From Pseudomonadota bacterium (lineage in GTDB: Bacteria > Desulfobacterota > Desulfobacteria > Desulfobacterales > RPRI01): a stretch of 55,409 bases of DNA. The notes below the pieces were generated by a model. That model was not told the DNA's origin and made no database searches. It saw nothing but the letters and a program-made list of their open reading frames with translations. The DNA lies in contig JBDRRF010000105.1 of assembly GCA_043825875.1 (NCBI GenBank), forward strand, positions 1-55,409, given 5' to 3'. The translations under genes were made by a program, and so were the position numbers. Shown here one piece after another: positions 19,710-29,614 of this stretch (positions are counted from its first letter, which is position 1; each line of letters starts with the position of its first letter).

Positions 19710-20621
19710 TTATCTTACAATCATCAGATCATCTATGCTCTGTTCAATCTTTTCCAGATTCTCTTTTGAATTAAAAAGCATTTCACACAACTCGCATTTG
19801 CGATACCGCACTATTTCACTGGCCATAAACCCCAGATAAGTAGCCATGCGAGTAAGCCCTATACTTCGGATCAGATGATATATTTTATGCTGTTCTTTTT
19901 TTTCAAACAGTTCATCCACAGATTCCTTTTCCAAATTTCCAAGGTATAAAAACCCGGTTTTCAAAAACCGGTTTCCGGCGTCACAGCAGGCATACATGTC
20001 CTGATTGGGAGAAAGATAAGCATTCATGGAACATATGTTAGGATAATAATCTGTAAAGATCTGTCTGCGGTCAAAATTCTCTGCTCTTCCGAAATAGATT
20101 ACAGGTTCCGGAAAATATCGCAACTCATTTTCTTTAAGAAACTGTTCAACATCGTCATCTGTTTTAGAAAAATCCGTAACAAAGGAAACAAAATAATCCA
20201 GACCCTGTTTTATACAAGCGGCTGCCGCATTAACAATGTTTGCACGGTCGATATTCTCCTGATGCCAGCGGCTGGTGCTGATCCTCATCTGGGACAGGCC
20301 GCTTTTTCGCAGTGTAGATACCATTTTATCTGCCTGATCCGATGTGTTCGCCCAGAATCCATTGGTAACCACCCTTGTATAAATCCGGTTTTTTCTACAA
20401 ACCAAAATCAGACCGCAGATATCATCTGAAAATATGAGCGGTTCTCCGGCAGTAAAACTGATACCACTCACATGAGCTAAGGCCATTTCTTCGATGATTT
20501 CTTTTGCCCGGATAAAGTCCATTTTGTCTGCACCCGGAGACCCGTCGGAGGCCACGCAGTGGGCGCATTTTACATTACACCTGGTAGAATATCCAAAAGC
20601 TATTTGTCTTGGTTGATTCAT
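19710..20621 (-). CDS. radical SAM protein with Cys-rich C-terminal extension
   Basis: CNVKCAHC (CxxxCxxC), FTAGEP, VTNGFWA; C-terminal C...CC...CxxC. Confidence 0.9.
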   Translation of the reverse strand: MNQPRQIAFGYSTRCNVKCAHCVASDGSPGADKMDFIRAKEIIEEMALAHVSGISFTAGEPLIFSDDICGLILVCRKNRIYTRVVTNGFWANTSDQADKMVSTLRKSGLSQMRISTSRWHQENIDRANIVNAAAACIKQGLDYFVSFVTDFSKTDDDVEQFLKENELRYFPEPVIYFGRAENFDRRQIFTDYYPNICSMNAYLSPNQDMYACCDAGNRFLKTGFLYLGNLEKESVDELFEKKEQHKIYHLIRSIGLTRMATYLGFMASEIVRYRKCELCEMLFNSKENLEKIEQSIDDLMIVR

Positions 20622-20636
20622 TTTATTTAAGTATCA

Positions 20637-21305
20637 TTATTTTGATGCTGAAAATGATGTAATAAACTTTCTCACCTCATCCTTGCCGTGAAATATGCCA
20701 TAATGCCCTTCACAGAGAATATCCGCCTCAAGGCTTACCAGAAGATCTAAAGAATTAATATAATCATTTCTATTGGAAAGAATTACTGAATTTAAGGGAC
20801 CATGCACATCCTGCCCGAAAAGGACTTTTTGGCCATCAGAGTCAGTCAGATAGACCACTGAACCGGGAGAATGCCCCGGAATGTGAATGGCTTCAATCTG
20901 TCGTCCTCCAAGCTCTATGATTTCACGCGGCTTTGAAAGTTTTCGATCAATTGTAAAAGGCGAAAGAGTAGCACCATACCAATTGGCTGCTGTAACTGCG
21001 TTATCACCATTTTCAAGGTATTTTGCTTCCAATTCATGAGAGACTATCTTAAGATCAATGACATCTTTCAATCCTTTGGCCCCACCCGTATGATCAAAAT
21101 GGCAATGAGTAATAAGAAGGTATTCTATCTGCTCAGGTTTTATTTTGCAGGCAACAATATTTTTTAATAGCTTCTCACGTGAAAAGCCGCACCCCGAATC
21201 AACAAGGGCTGCATGTCCTCCAAAATTTATAAGATATACGGCAGCATCTTTATCTGATGTAAAGCCACTTCCTCCAACCTGAAATATTTCCGAAGTAATC
21301 TGCAT
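20637..21305 (-). CDS. MBL-fold metallo-hydrolase
   Basis: THCHFDH (HxHxDH), PGHSPG, GQD, CEGH; start at MQIT with RBS. Confidence 0.9.
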   Translation of the reverse strand: MQITSEIFQVGGSGFTSDKDAAVYLINFGGHAALVDSGCGFSREKLLKNIVACKIKPEQIEYLLITHCHFDHTGGAKGLKDVIDLKIVSHELEAKYLENGDNAVTAANWYGATLSPFTIDRKLSKPREIIELGGRQIEAIHIPGHSPGSVVYLTDSDGQKVLFGQDVHGPLNSVILSNRNDYINSLDLLVSLEADILCEGHYGIFHGKDEVRKFITSFSASK

Positions 21306-21360
21306 TATGTTTACTTCCCTTTCACAATAAAGTTGATGAAATTGCAAAATGAACTCAAAT

Positions 21361-21428
21361 CGTCATACCGGACTTGATCCGGTATCCAGAATACGTTGTA
21401 CTGGATTCCGGCCTTCGCCAGAATAACG
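21361..21428. repeat. REP/RPE-like palindromic element
   Basis: CGTCATACCGGACTTGATCCGGTATCCAG...CTGGATTCCGGCCTTCGCCAGAATAACG multi-hairpin. Confidence 0.7.
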
Positions 21429-21439
21429 GAAAAGGGTTT

Positions 21440-23623
21440 TTACGGATTCATCAAAGTTGATGCCATTCTAAGCCGGTTTTTAAGATACGTATATCTCTTT
21501 TGAGTCTTGCTGTTATTGATTCCGATTGCAAGCGCTTTTTTGGCACCCACCATAACTACAAGCCTTCGTCCTCTTGTAAGAGCCGTATAAATCAGGTTGC
21601 GCTGCAAAAGCATGTAATGCTGCGTATGAACAGGAATGACAACAGCCGGATATTCAGATCCCTGAGACTTATGGACAGATACCGCATAGGAAAGTATTAT
21701 CTCATCAATTTCATAAAAATCATATTTTACCAAGCGGTTGTCAAAGGAAACCATCACATTCTGCTCTTTGGAATCAATTGAAGTTATTCTTCCGATATCT
21801 CCGTTATAAACATCCTTGTCATAATTATTTTTAATCTGCATGACCTTATCTCCAACCTTATAGTTTCTCTCCTGGCTCGAATATAATGCATCTCCAGGAT
21901 TAAGAGCTTCCTGCAAAATCATGTTAAGATTGGATACGCCAAGTTCACCTTTGTGCATGGGACTTAAAACCTGTATGTCGGAAAACGGATCAAGCCCAAA
22001 CCGCTTCGGTATTCGATGCGCAACAAGCTCTCTTATTATTTCTACCGCCCTTTCGGGCTCATTCTGTTCTATAAAATAATAATCGCTTTCATTATCTTCC
22101 GTTTTCAAAAAAGGCATTTGCCCGCTGTTTATCCTGTGGGCGTTTATAACAATGCGGCTTCTTTTCGCCTGGCGGAAAATTTCAGACAGCACAACAACCG
22201 AAAAAAGTCCTGATGAAATAATATCATTTAAAACATTACCTGCCCCAACCGAAGGAAGCTGGTTCACATCTCCCACAAGAATAAGAGCTGTCCCGGAAGG
22301 CACTGCCCGCAATAACCCGAACATCAAGATTGTATCTATCATGGATGCTTCATCTATAATCAGCAAATCACAATCAAGAGGATTATTCTCGTCTTTTTGA
22401 AATCCTCCCTGCTCGAAATTGAACTCAAGCATCCTGTGAATTGTTTTTGCTTCGTGCGCTGTAGCTTCACTCATACGTTTTGCAGCTCTTCCGGTAGGCG
22501 CTGCAAGCAGTGTTTTTAACTTCAGACTTTGAGATATTTTAAGGATGGCATTTACAATAGTAGTCTTACCTGTTCCCGGACCACCTGTAATTACCATTAC
22601 TTTACTATAAAGAGCAGATTTTATGGCTTCAACCTGTTTTTGGGCCAATTTAATTGCCATACTTTTTTGTGCCCATTCGATTGCCTTATCAGAAACAGTA
22701 TTTTTAAAAGGGCCTGCCGAATCGGCAATAAGCTTCAAACATTTTGCAATGCCTGTCTCACAATAATGATATCTTAAAAGAAATACTCCTTTTGATTTTT
22801 TATCTTCTTGCTTATCTTCGATTTCTTCAATTATTATTTTACCCGATAAAGACAAAGCATCTATCTTATTCTTTGTACTATCTCTATCTACATCAAGAAT
22901 CTCAGAACATTTTCCAACAAGCGGCTTATAAGGGTAATAGACATGACCGTCATCGGCCAGTTCGGATAGAACATAGAAAATTCCAGCCTCGATTCTTTCA
23001 TCAGAATCTTTTAAAAACCCAAATTTTTGTGCGATTTTATCTGCTGTAAGAAATCCTATTCCAAAAATATCGGATACAAGCCGGTAAGGATTTTCCTTTA
23101 AAACCGCAACAGCTCTGTCTCCGTATTTTTTATATATTTTTATCGCATATCCCGAGCCTATTCCATGTGCATACAAAAAAAGCATGATGCTGCGTATACT
23201 TTTTTGTTCATCCCAGGCTTTTTTTATTTCTGCTATCCGTTTTTTGCCTATGCCTTCAACTTTTATGAGTTTATCCGTTTCGTTTTCAATAACAGAAAGA
23301 GCCTTTTTACCAAATTTTTTAACAATGCGTTTTGCCATAACAGGCCCAAGACCTTTTATCATTCCCGAACCCAGATATCTCTCCACACCCGAAGCATCTT
23401 CGGGAACAATACTTACAAACTCGGAAACAGCAAACTGATCACCAAACTTGGGATGCTTTATCCATTCTCCTTTCATTGTAAAAGTTTCGCCCAAGGCCGG
23501 GGACATAAGATTTCCCACCACGGTAACAGGATTTTTCATCCCAGCAACTTTTACCCTTGCAACCAGGTAACCGGTCTTTTCATTCGTATAGGTTATTATT
23601 TCAATCTGTCCTGAAAGTTCCAT
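21440..23623 (-). CDS. recD2: ATP-dependent RecD2-like DNA helicase
   Basis: HhH motifs, ENPYRL, Walker A GGPGTGKT, IIDEASM, HKSQGSEY; start at MELSG (23623) avoids overlap with the upstream gene. Confidence 0.95.
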   Translation of the reverse strand: MELSGQIEIITYTNEKTGYLVARVKVAGMKNPVTVVGNLMSPALGETFTMKGEWIKHPKFGDQFAVSEFVSIVPEDASGVERYLGSGMIKGLGPVMAKRIVKKFGKKALSVIENETDKLIKVEGIGKKRIAEIKKAWDEQKSIRSIMLFLYAHGIGSGYAIKIYKKYGDRAVAVLKENPYRLVSDIFGIGFLTADKIAQKFGFLKDSDERIEAGIFYVLSELADDGHVYYPYKPLVGKCSEILDVDRDSTKNKIDALSLSGKIIIEEIEDKQEDKKSKGVFLLRYHYCETGIAKCLKLIADSAGPFKNTVSDKAIEWAQKSMAIKLAQKQVEAIKSALYSKVMVITGGPGTGKTTIVNAILKISQSLKLKTLLAAPTGRAAKRMSEATAHEAKTIHRMLEFNFEQGGFQKDENNPLDCDLLIIDEASMIDTILMFGLLRAVPSGTALILVGDVNQLPSVGAGNVLNDIISSGLFSVVVLSEIFRQAKRSRIVINAHRINSGQMPFLKTEDNESDYYFIEQNEPERAVEIIRELVAHRIPKRFGLDPFSDIQVLSPMHKGELGVSNLNMILQEALNPGDALYSSQERNYKVGDKVMQIKNNYDKDVYNGDIGRITSIDSKEQNVMVSFDNRLVKYDFYEIDEIILSYAVSVHKSQGSEYPAVVIPVHTQHYMLLQRNLIYTALTRGRRLVVMVGAKKALAIGINNSKTQKRYTYLKNRLRMASTLMNP

Positions 23624-23633
23624 AGCAGTATTT

Positions 23634-24236
23634 TTAATTACTCTTAGGATACTTGGAGAGCTTGGGTTTAATAGCCTTACCAAGCCAATCAATGCTTTTT
23701 CCCAGATGCCTCATGTTGGCAAGACCTTCCTTATCTTCAAGTACTTCTCCCTTGCCTAAGCCAAAGCCCATATTCCAGTAAGTTGAGCCGGGAATAACCA
23801 TCCTTGACATCTGAAACATATGGTTAATGGTATCATATGCATGCGTGGCACCACCTCGCCTGACCGCAACTACCGCCGCCCCTATTTTTCCGGCAAAAGC
23901 ATTATTGTTGGCATAAGCAACAAAACCAGCCCTTTCAATCAATGCCTTTAAATCAGCCGATACTGCCGCAAAATAAGTTGGGGAACCCAGAATCATAGCA
24001 TCAGCTTTTAACATTTTTAAATAGATTTCATTAAATTTATCCTTTTTAACCGAACATTGATTGTCTTGATTTTTAAAACATTTCTCACAGGCAATACAAC
24101 CGCGGATTGCTGTTCCGCCAACTTTCACAAGCTCTGTTTCCCAGCCCTTATCATTTAATTCGCTAAGCACTTCTTTAAGAAGCAATTCCGTATTCCCGCC
24201 TTTTCTTGGACTTCCGTTTATGGCTATTGCATACAT
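23634..24236 (-). CDS. flavodoxin-fold iron-sulfur flavoprotein (NADPH-dependent FMN reductase family)
   Basis: NGSPRKGGNT, CIACEKC...C cluster motif, GSPTYF; AGGAGG RBS. Confidence 0.92.
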   Translation of the reverse strand: MYAIAINGSPRKGGNTELLLKEVLSELNDKGWETELVKVGGTAIRGCIACEKCFKNQDNQCSVKKDKFNEIYLKMLKADAMILGSPTYFAAVSADLKALIERAGFVAYANNNAFAGKIGAAVVAVRRGGATHAYDTINHMFQMSRMVIPGSTYWNMGFGLGKGEVLEDKEGLANMRHLGKSIDWLGKAIKPKLSKYPKSN

Positions 24237-24498
24237 AGTAACCTCCTTTGTGTATTATTAATCTGATTTTTGTGAAGTTTAGCCCAAAAGAAGAAAGAAC
24301 ACAATTCTGTAATTAATATAATGCAAATTTTCGCTCATATATTTAAGCTCATATACCGATATAGCCTTTATCAGATATTATACAAAAATTTCATAGACCG
24401 ACTTTGTGGGAAGTCGAAAAATGAATCTTTACGATTCCATTACGTTTTTCCGGTAAAAACTATTGAATATTATATAGAATTATAGCCTTTAAACTATC

Positions 24499-27400
24499 AT
24501 GAAAAAAATAATAAATCGAAAGTTGCTATTCTTACTTCTGCTTGTTTCCCTTATAGGCATCACAGCCATGTGGTGGGTAGCGCATTCGACTGACAGATAC
24601 TTGAGACAAGATCTGCTTATACATGCAAGGATCGCTGCAAATGCAATTAATATCAGGGATATTATTCCATTGTCCGGTTCTGAAAGGGATTTGAACACAA
24701 CAGCTTATAAACACATAAAGTCACAACTGGCATCAATGCGAAATGCTGTTGGTAAATGCCGGTTTCTCTACCTGATGGGACGGCGCTCAGACGGCGTTGT
24801 TTTCTTTTATGCAGATTCATTACCTGTTGATTCAAAGGATTATGCGCCGCCCGGCTTGGTTTACGAGGAAGTTTCGGATTCCTATATTCATGCTTTTGAC
24901 ACAAAACAGGAAGCTGTTGCCGGACCGGTTACTGATCGATGGGGCACACTGGTTACAGCTCTTATTCCATTAACAGATCCTCATACTAACAATTTTGTTG
25001 CAGTTCTCGGCATGGATGTTGATGCCAAGGATTGGTATAAAGAAATCATCGGGCGTTGCTTTATACCATTTACGGTAATGCTGCTATTTGCAGTTTCTAT
25101 CATATTGTTTGCTTCCAGAAAACAGGCAACCAAAGCCCTTAAGGAGAGTGAGAAAAAGCACAGATTATTCTTTGAAAATGCACCAATTGGAATAATTCAT
25201 TATGATAAGCAAGGAATAATCTCAGCTGTTAATGAAGAGATGATTGCTATATTAGGTTCAACCCGGGAAAAACTCATAGGGTTGAATATGCTCGATCTTC
25301 CGAATAAAACTATGACAAATGAAATTCGCAAATCCCTCAATGGTGTTCGTGGATATTATGAAGGTCAATATACATCTTTTACAGGTGGAAAAATATCAAA
25401 CATAATAGCTTCCTGGATTCCAATTTTTCGTGCCGGTAGTTTTATTCATGGTGCAGGAATAATTGAAGATATCACAAAGCGCAAAAAGACTGAAATAACC
25501 CTGGCACGGCGCGTGGAGCTTGAAAGGTTAATCAGTACAATATCTTCGGAGTTTGTGGGGCTAAGTGCAGACGAAATTGATGCGGGTATCACCCGTGCTC
25601 TGGGTTCTGTCGGTATTTTTTCAGGAGCAGACCGTGCCTATGTCTTTCTTTTTCAAAAAAGTGGTAAACTGGTCGACAATACTCATGAATGGTGTGCTGA
25701 TAGTATCCAACCACAAATAAATGATCTAAAAAGTATTCCCCTTGCCGATGACTTGCCATGGTTTACTGAACAAATCCAAAAGCACGAAGTTTTCCATGTG
25801 CCAAATGTAAAGGATCTACCGCCTGAAGCACTGGCGGAACAAAAACACTTTGAGGATCAAGGTATCAAATCGCTTATTATCGTGCCCATGAAGTTTGGTA
25901 ATCACCTGTTAGGTTTTATCGGATTTGACGCTGTGCGTGATTACCAAACATGGGACTACGATAACCAAGCTATACTGCGCTTCATTGGTGAAATTTTTAT
26001 CAATGCTATTGAGCGCAAACGGGCTGATAAAGAGCAGGAAAACCTTCAGGTAAAGCTGGCTAACGCTATAGAAATGGCGCATCTTGGTTCATGGGAATGC
26101 GATGCCATTAATGAAATCTTTACGTTCAATGACCATTTCTATAAGATTTTTCGCACCACAGCCGATCAAGCAGGCGGGTATACAATGTCATTTGCTGAAT
26201 ACTTCCGGAAATTTGTTCATCCTGATGACATGCCATATATTGAGGAAGTATTGCGAAAAGCAATGGAAGCAAACAGCTCCCAGTATAAAATGGAACACCG
26301 GATATTTTACGCTGATGGAACAATCGGTTATATCAGCGTCCTATGCTCCATTATTAGAGATGCCAATGGTCAGATAGTCAAAACTTACGGGGTGAATCAG
26401 GACATTACCGAGCGCAAGAAAGCGGAAGACAGGTTGCGGGAAAGTGAAGAAAAACTTGCAAGATCCAAAAAAATGGAGTCGCTTGGACTTTTGGCAGGTG
26501 GTGTAGCCCATGACCTGAATAATGTGTTGTCCGGTATTGTCAGCTATCCGGAATTGTTATTACTTGATTTACCTGAAGACAGCAAATTAAGAAAACCTAT
26601 AGAAACCATTCAGGAATCAGGGAACAAGGCGGTTGCTATCATTCAGGAACTGTTGACAATAGCAAGAGGAGTGGCATCACCTAAAGAGCCCTTGAACTTA
26701 AATCACATTGTCAAAGAATATTTGTACTCTCCGGAATATGATAAACTTAATCAATTTCATCCAGCATTTAATATCAAAACCGACCTTGATCCTGATTTGG
26801 TTAATATAGCCGGCTCACTTGTTCATATCAGAAAAGTAATAATGAATCTTGTATCAAATGCTGTAGAAGCTATTGAAGATAGCGGCACTGTTATCGTATC
26901 GACTAAAAACTGCTATGTAGACAGGCCCATAAGGGGATATGAAGACGTAATTACTGGTGAGTATGTTATTTTGTCTGTAGCAGATGACGGTCCGGGGATT
27001 CTGCCGGAATACCTTGAAAGGATTTTTGAGCCGTTTTTCACAAAGAAGGTAATGGGCAAAAGCGGTACCGGTTTAGGGCTGGCTGTAGTATGGAATGTTA
27101 TACAAGACCACAAAGGCTACATAAATGTTACAAGTAATGAAAACGGTACGAGTTTTGAATTGTACTTTCCAATTACAAGAAATGAAATGTTAAAAAAGGA
27201 TAAGCCATTACTCATCAAAGAATATAAAGGAAACAATGAAAGCATTTTGGTTATTGATGATGTGGCAAGTCAAAGAGAAATATCCTGCTATATGCTTAAT
27301 GCCTTAGGATATGATAGTTTTGCGGTTTCCAGCGGAGAAAAAGCTGTTGAGTATTTGAAAGAACATACCGTTGATTTGATAATTCTGGATATGATTATGG

Positions 27401-27597
27401 ACCCTGGCATAAGCGGTCGTGAAACATATGAGAGAATAATAAAAATTCACCCTAAGCAAAAAGCTATAATAGTCAGCGGCTTTTCTGAAACAAATGAGGT
27501 GAAAGCTACCCAGAAATTAGGTGCGGGCCAATACTTAAAAAAACCGTTAACATTTGATAAATTGGGGCCGGCAATTAATTTTGAACTGAAGAAATAA
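24499..27597 (+). CDS. membrane hybrid sensor histidine kinase (periplasmic sensor-PAS-GAF-PAS-HisKA-HATPase-REC)
   Basis: Two TM, PAS/GAF motifs, GGVAHDLNN H-box, FEPFFT/GTGLGL, receiver ILDMIM. Confidence 0.95.
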   Translation: MKKIINRKLLFLLLLVSLIGITAMWWVAHSTDRYLRQDLLIHARIAANAINIRDIIPLSGSERDLNTTAYKHIKSQLASMRNAVGKCRFLYLMGRRSDGVVFFYADSLPVDSKDYAPPGLVYEEVSDSYIHAFDTKQEAVAGPVTDRWGTLVTALIPLTDPHTNNFVAVLGMDVDAKDWYKEIIGRCFIPFTVMLLFAVSIILFASRKQATKALKESEKKHRLFFENAPIGIIHYDKQGIISAVNEEMIAILGSTREKLIGLNMLDLPNKTMTNEIRKSLNGVRGYYEGQYTSFTGGKISNIIASWIPIFRAGSFIHGAGIIEDITKRKKTEITLARRVELERLISTISSEFVGLSADEIDAGITRALGSVGIFSGADRAYVFLFQKSGKLVDNTHEWCADSIQPQINDLKSIPLADDLPWFTEQIQKHEVFHVPNVKDLPPEALAEQKHFEDQGIKSLIIVPMKFGNHLLGFIGFDAVRDYQTWDYDNQAILRFIGEIFINAIERKRADKEQENLQVKLANAIEMAHLGSWECDAINEIFTFNDHFYKIFRTTADQAGGYTMSFAEYFRKFVHPDDMPYIEEVLRKAMEANSSQYKMEHRIFYADGTIGYISVLCSIIRDANGQIVKTYGVNQDITERKKAEDRLRESEEKLARSKKMESLGLLAGGVAHDLNNVLSGIVSYPELLLLDLPEDSKLRKPIETIQESGNKAVAIIQELLTIARGVASPKEPLNLNHIVKEYLYSPEYDKLNQFHPAFNIKTDLDPDLVNIAGSLVHIRKVIMNLVSNAVEAIEDSGTVIVSTKNCYVDRPIRGYEDVITGEYVILSVADDGPGILPEYLERIFEPFFTKKVMGKSGTGLGLAVVWNVIQDHKGYINVTSNENGTSFELYFPITRNEMLKKDKPLLIKEYKGNNESILVIDDVASQREISCYMLNALGYDSFAVSSGEKAVEYLKEHTVDLIILDMIMDPGISGRETYERIIKIHPKQKAIIVSGFSETNEVKATQKLGAGQYLKKPLTFDKLGPAINFELKK

Positions 27598-27640
27598 ATA
27601 ATCCGCAAATTGCTGTTCCACCAACTTTTACAAATCTATC

Positions 27641-28822
27641 TCATTCTTCTACGATCCGAAAAAGATCAATCATTTGCTGAAACGGAACAATTGTAACATC
27701 CGTTCTTTTTTGACTTTCGTCACCGCTATAAACAATGCCCGCGCCTTTTGAAACGTGTTCTGAAAATATTTTCGTAAAATGGTTCAAGCCTTTGAAATAG
27801 TCTCTGGTTATGGTCATGCCTGCTTTGATCTCAACAGGAAAAATATCTGATCCACTTTGTAGCAGCAGGTCGACCTCATTTCCCTTGCTGTCACGGTAAA
27901 AATAAATATTACTTTTCTTCCCCTGATTAAAACGGTATTTGACCGCCTCTGCTATGACCATATTTTCAAACAGGTTACCCATCAAGGGGTCGCGTGCAAT
28001 CTGTTTTTCATTTTCGATATTTATCAGAAAAGATGCCAATCCCACATCATAGAAATACAGCTTCGGTGATTTGATCAAACGTTTGGAAATATTTGTGTGA
28101 TAGGGTTGCAAGAGGAAAAGGATATAGCTTGCTTCCAGAATAGACAGCCAGTTCCCGGCTGTTGTGTGAGAAATACCGGTATCGTTTGCCAGACTGTTCA
28201 TATTAAGCAGTTGGCCGGTTCGCCCGGCGCATAATTTGATAAAGCGCTGAAAAAGGCTTAAATCCTTAATTGTAATCAGTTGCCTTAAGTCTCTTTCTAT
28301 GTATGTCTCAAAATAGTCACCAAGAGCCTGGGTAGGATTGAGTTTTTTATCCCATATGCGGGGATAAAAACCTTGGTAGAGCAAACTATTAATATCCGGT
28401 TGAGAATATCCAGATTGAATTTCTTTAATAGAAAAAGGAAGTAATTTAAGCAGGGCGGTCCGGCCTGCCAGTGATTGATTTATGGTGTTGCTCACTTCAA
28501 ATTGTTGGCTGCCGGTCAGAATAAATAGACCTTCCCGCTGATCCTCATCAACTATCGGCTGGATATAAGAAACAAGATCAGGCACTCTCTGGATTTCATC
28601 AAGGATTGCGCCATCTGGATACTGTGCAAGAAACCCTCTTGGATCATCAACAGCAAATTGACGAACATCCGGCGATTCCAGATTAGCATATGGTTTATTG
28701 GCAAAGACTTTTTTACAGAGCGTGGTTTTTCCACTCTGCCGCGGCCCGGTAATAGTGACTACCGGGTACTTGGAGGCATATGTCCTCAAAACAGCTTCTA
28801 TAGTACGGTTTATTAATGGCAT
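27641..28822 (-). CDS. AAA_14 ATPase with DUF4143 (PD-(D/E)XK-like) C-terminus
   Basis: GPRQSGKTT, ILDEIQ, LTGSQ, SLAGR, KSPKLYFYDVG, EVDLL...VEIK. Confidence 0.92.
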   Translation of the reverse strand: MPLINRTIEAVLRTYASKYPVVTITGPRQSGKTTLCKKVFANKPYANLESPDVRQFAVDDPRGFLAQYPDGAILDEIQRVPDLVSYIQPIVDEDQREGLFILTGSQQFEVSNTINQSLAGRTALLKLLPFSIKEIQSGYSQPDINSLLYQGFYPRIWDKKLNPTQALGDYFETYIERDLRQLITIKDLSLFQRFIKLCAGRTGQLLNMNSLANDTGISHTTAGNWLSILEASYILFLLQPYHTNISKRLIKSPKLYFYDVGLASFLINIENEKQIARDPLMGNLFENMVIAEAVKYRFNQGKKSNIYFYRDSKGNEVDLLLQSGSDIFPVEIKAGMTITRDYFKGLNHFTKIFSEHVSKGAGIVYSGDESQKRTDVTIVPFQQMIDLFRIVEE

Positions 28823-28828
28823 AAACAG

Positions 28829-28887
28829 AGATTAAACCAAAATGGTGCAATTTGCAAGTGCAACTTTCATATTGCACCATTTTGGTT
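28829..28887 (-). promoter_or_regulatory. leaderless promoter overlapped by a 17-bp perfect inverted repeat (operator)
   Basis: TTGCAA-17 bp-TAATCT-6 nt-ATG; arms 28835-28851 and 28871-28887. Confidence 0.65.
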
Positions 28888-29153
28888 ATGGTTTAGCCCC
28901 ACGAAAAAGAGAATAAAATTTCCGAATTCATATATTTTACAATGTGTTTTGTACACATATTTTCCACTCATAAAGATATTCATTATAAGGAATTGGATTC
29001 ATCAGCTGAAAATTAGACCGGAAATGGGGGCAAAATATTGGAACTCCTTTTATTATTCTTTAAGGATAAAAAATACTTTCCGAAGTGTCCAGTAACATAT
29101 CTTTCCTTATTCTTTAATTTTTCAATCGGAAATCAACAAAAATATGAAAGACA

Positions 29154-29488
29154 TGTCGGAATAGTTTACAATTTGAGATAGGCATATTTATACGTTAAAT
29201 CATGCCAGGTTAAGCTCTTTCTGAAACCAACAAAATATCAACACCAATAAAACTACTTGATTTCAAATGATAATCACAAAATCATTTTATTTGTTCCGAA
29301 CTATGATGGGATCTATACCCTAATAATAATTTCAGATATTATAAGGATTATCGAAAATTTGTAGGATCTCTTTACATATTCTATTTTGCCTGTTTTTAAG
29401 TCACAACTAATTGAATTTGCAGATTTACTTGTTTAGATTCATCGGTTTTTAAGAATTATTTCAAAAAAACATGTCGGAATCTTTTACA
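29154..29488 (+). promoter_or_regulatory. three TGT-N11-ACA enhancer boxes (29154-29170, 29360-29376, 29472-29488)
   Basis: TGTCGGAATAGTTTACA, TGTAGGATCTCTTTACA, TGTCGGAATCTTTTACA upstream of a sigma-54 promoter and PEP-CTERM gene. Confidence 0.75.
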
Positions 29489-29550
29489 ATTTTACTTTGG
29501 AAAAATGGCTGTATATAATAAATAGTATTAATTTCAGATTATTATAAATA

Positions 29551-29566
29551 TGGCTCATATTTTGCT
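29551..29566 (+). promoter_or_regulatory. sigma-54 (-24/-12) promoter
   Basis: TGGCTCATATTTTGCT, GG-N10-GC spacing exact. Confidence 0.85.
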
Positions 29567-29614
29567 ATAACTATGAATATGTGTATTTATTTAAATAAGA
29601 AAGGAAATGATATA

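Noticed and set aside
23624..23692. RecD2 N-terminal extension overlapping the flavoprotein gene
   Set aside because: RecD2-like sequence begins at MELSGQIE; the extension overlaps the upstream CDS
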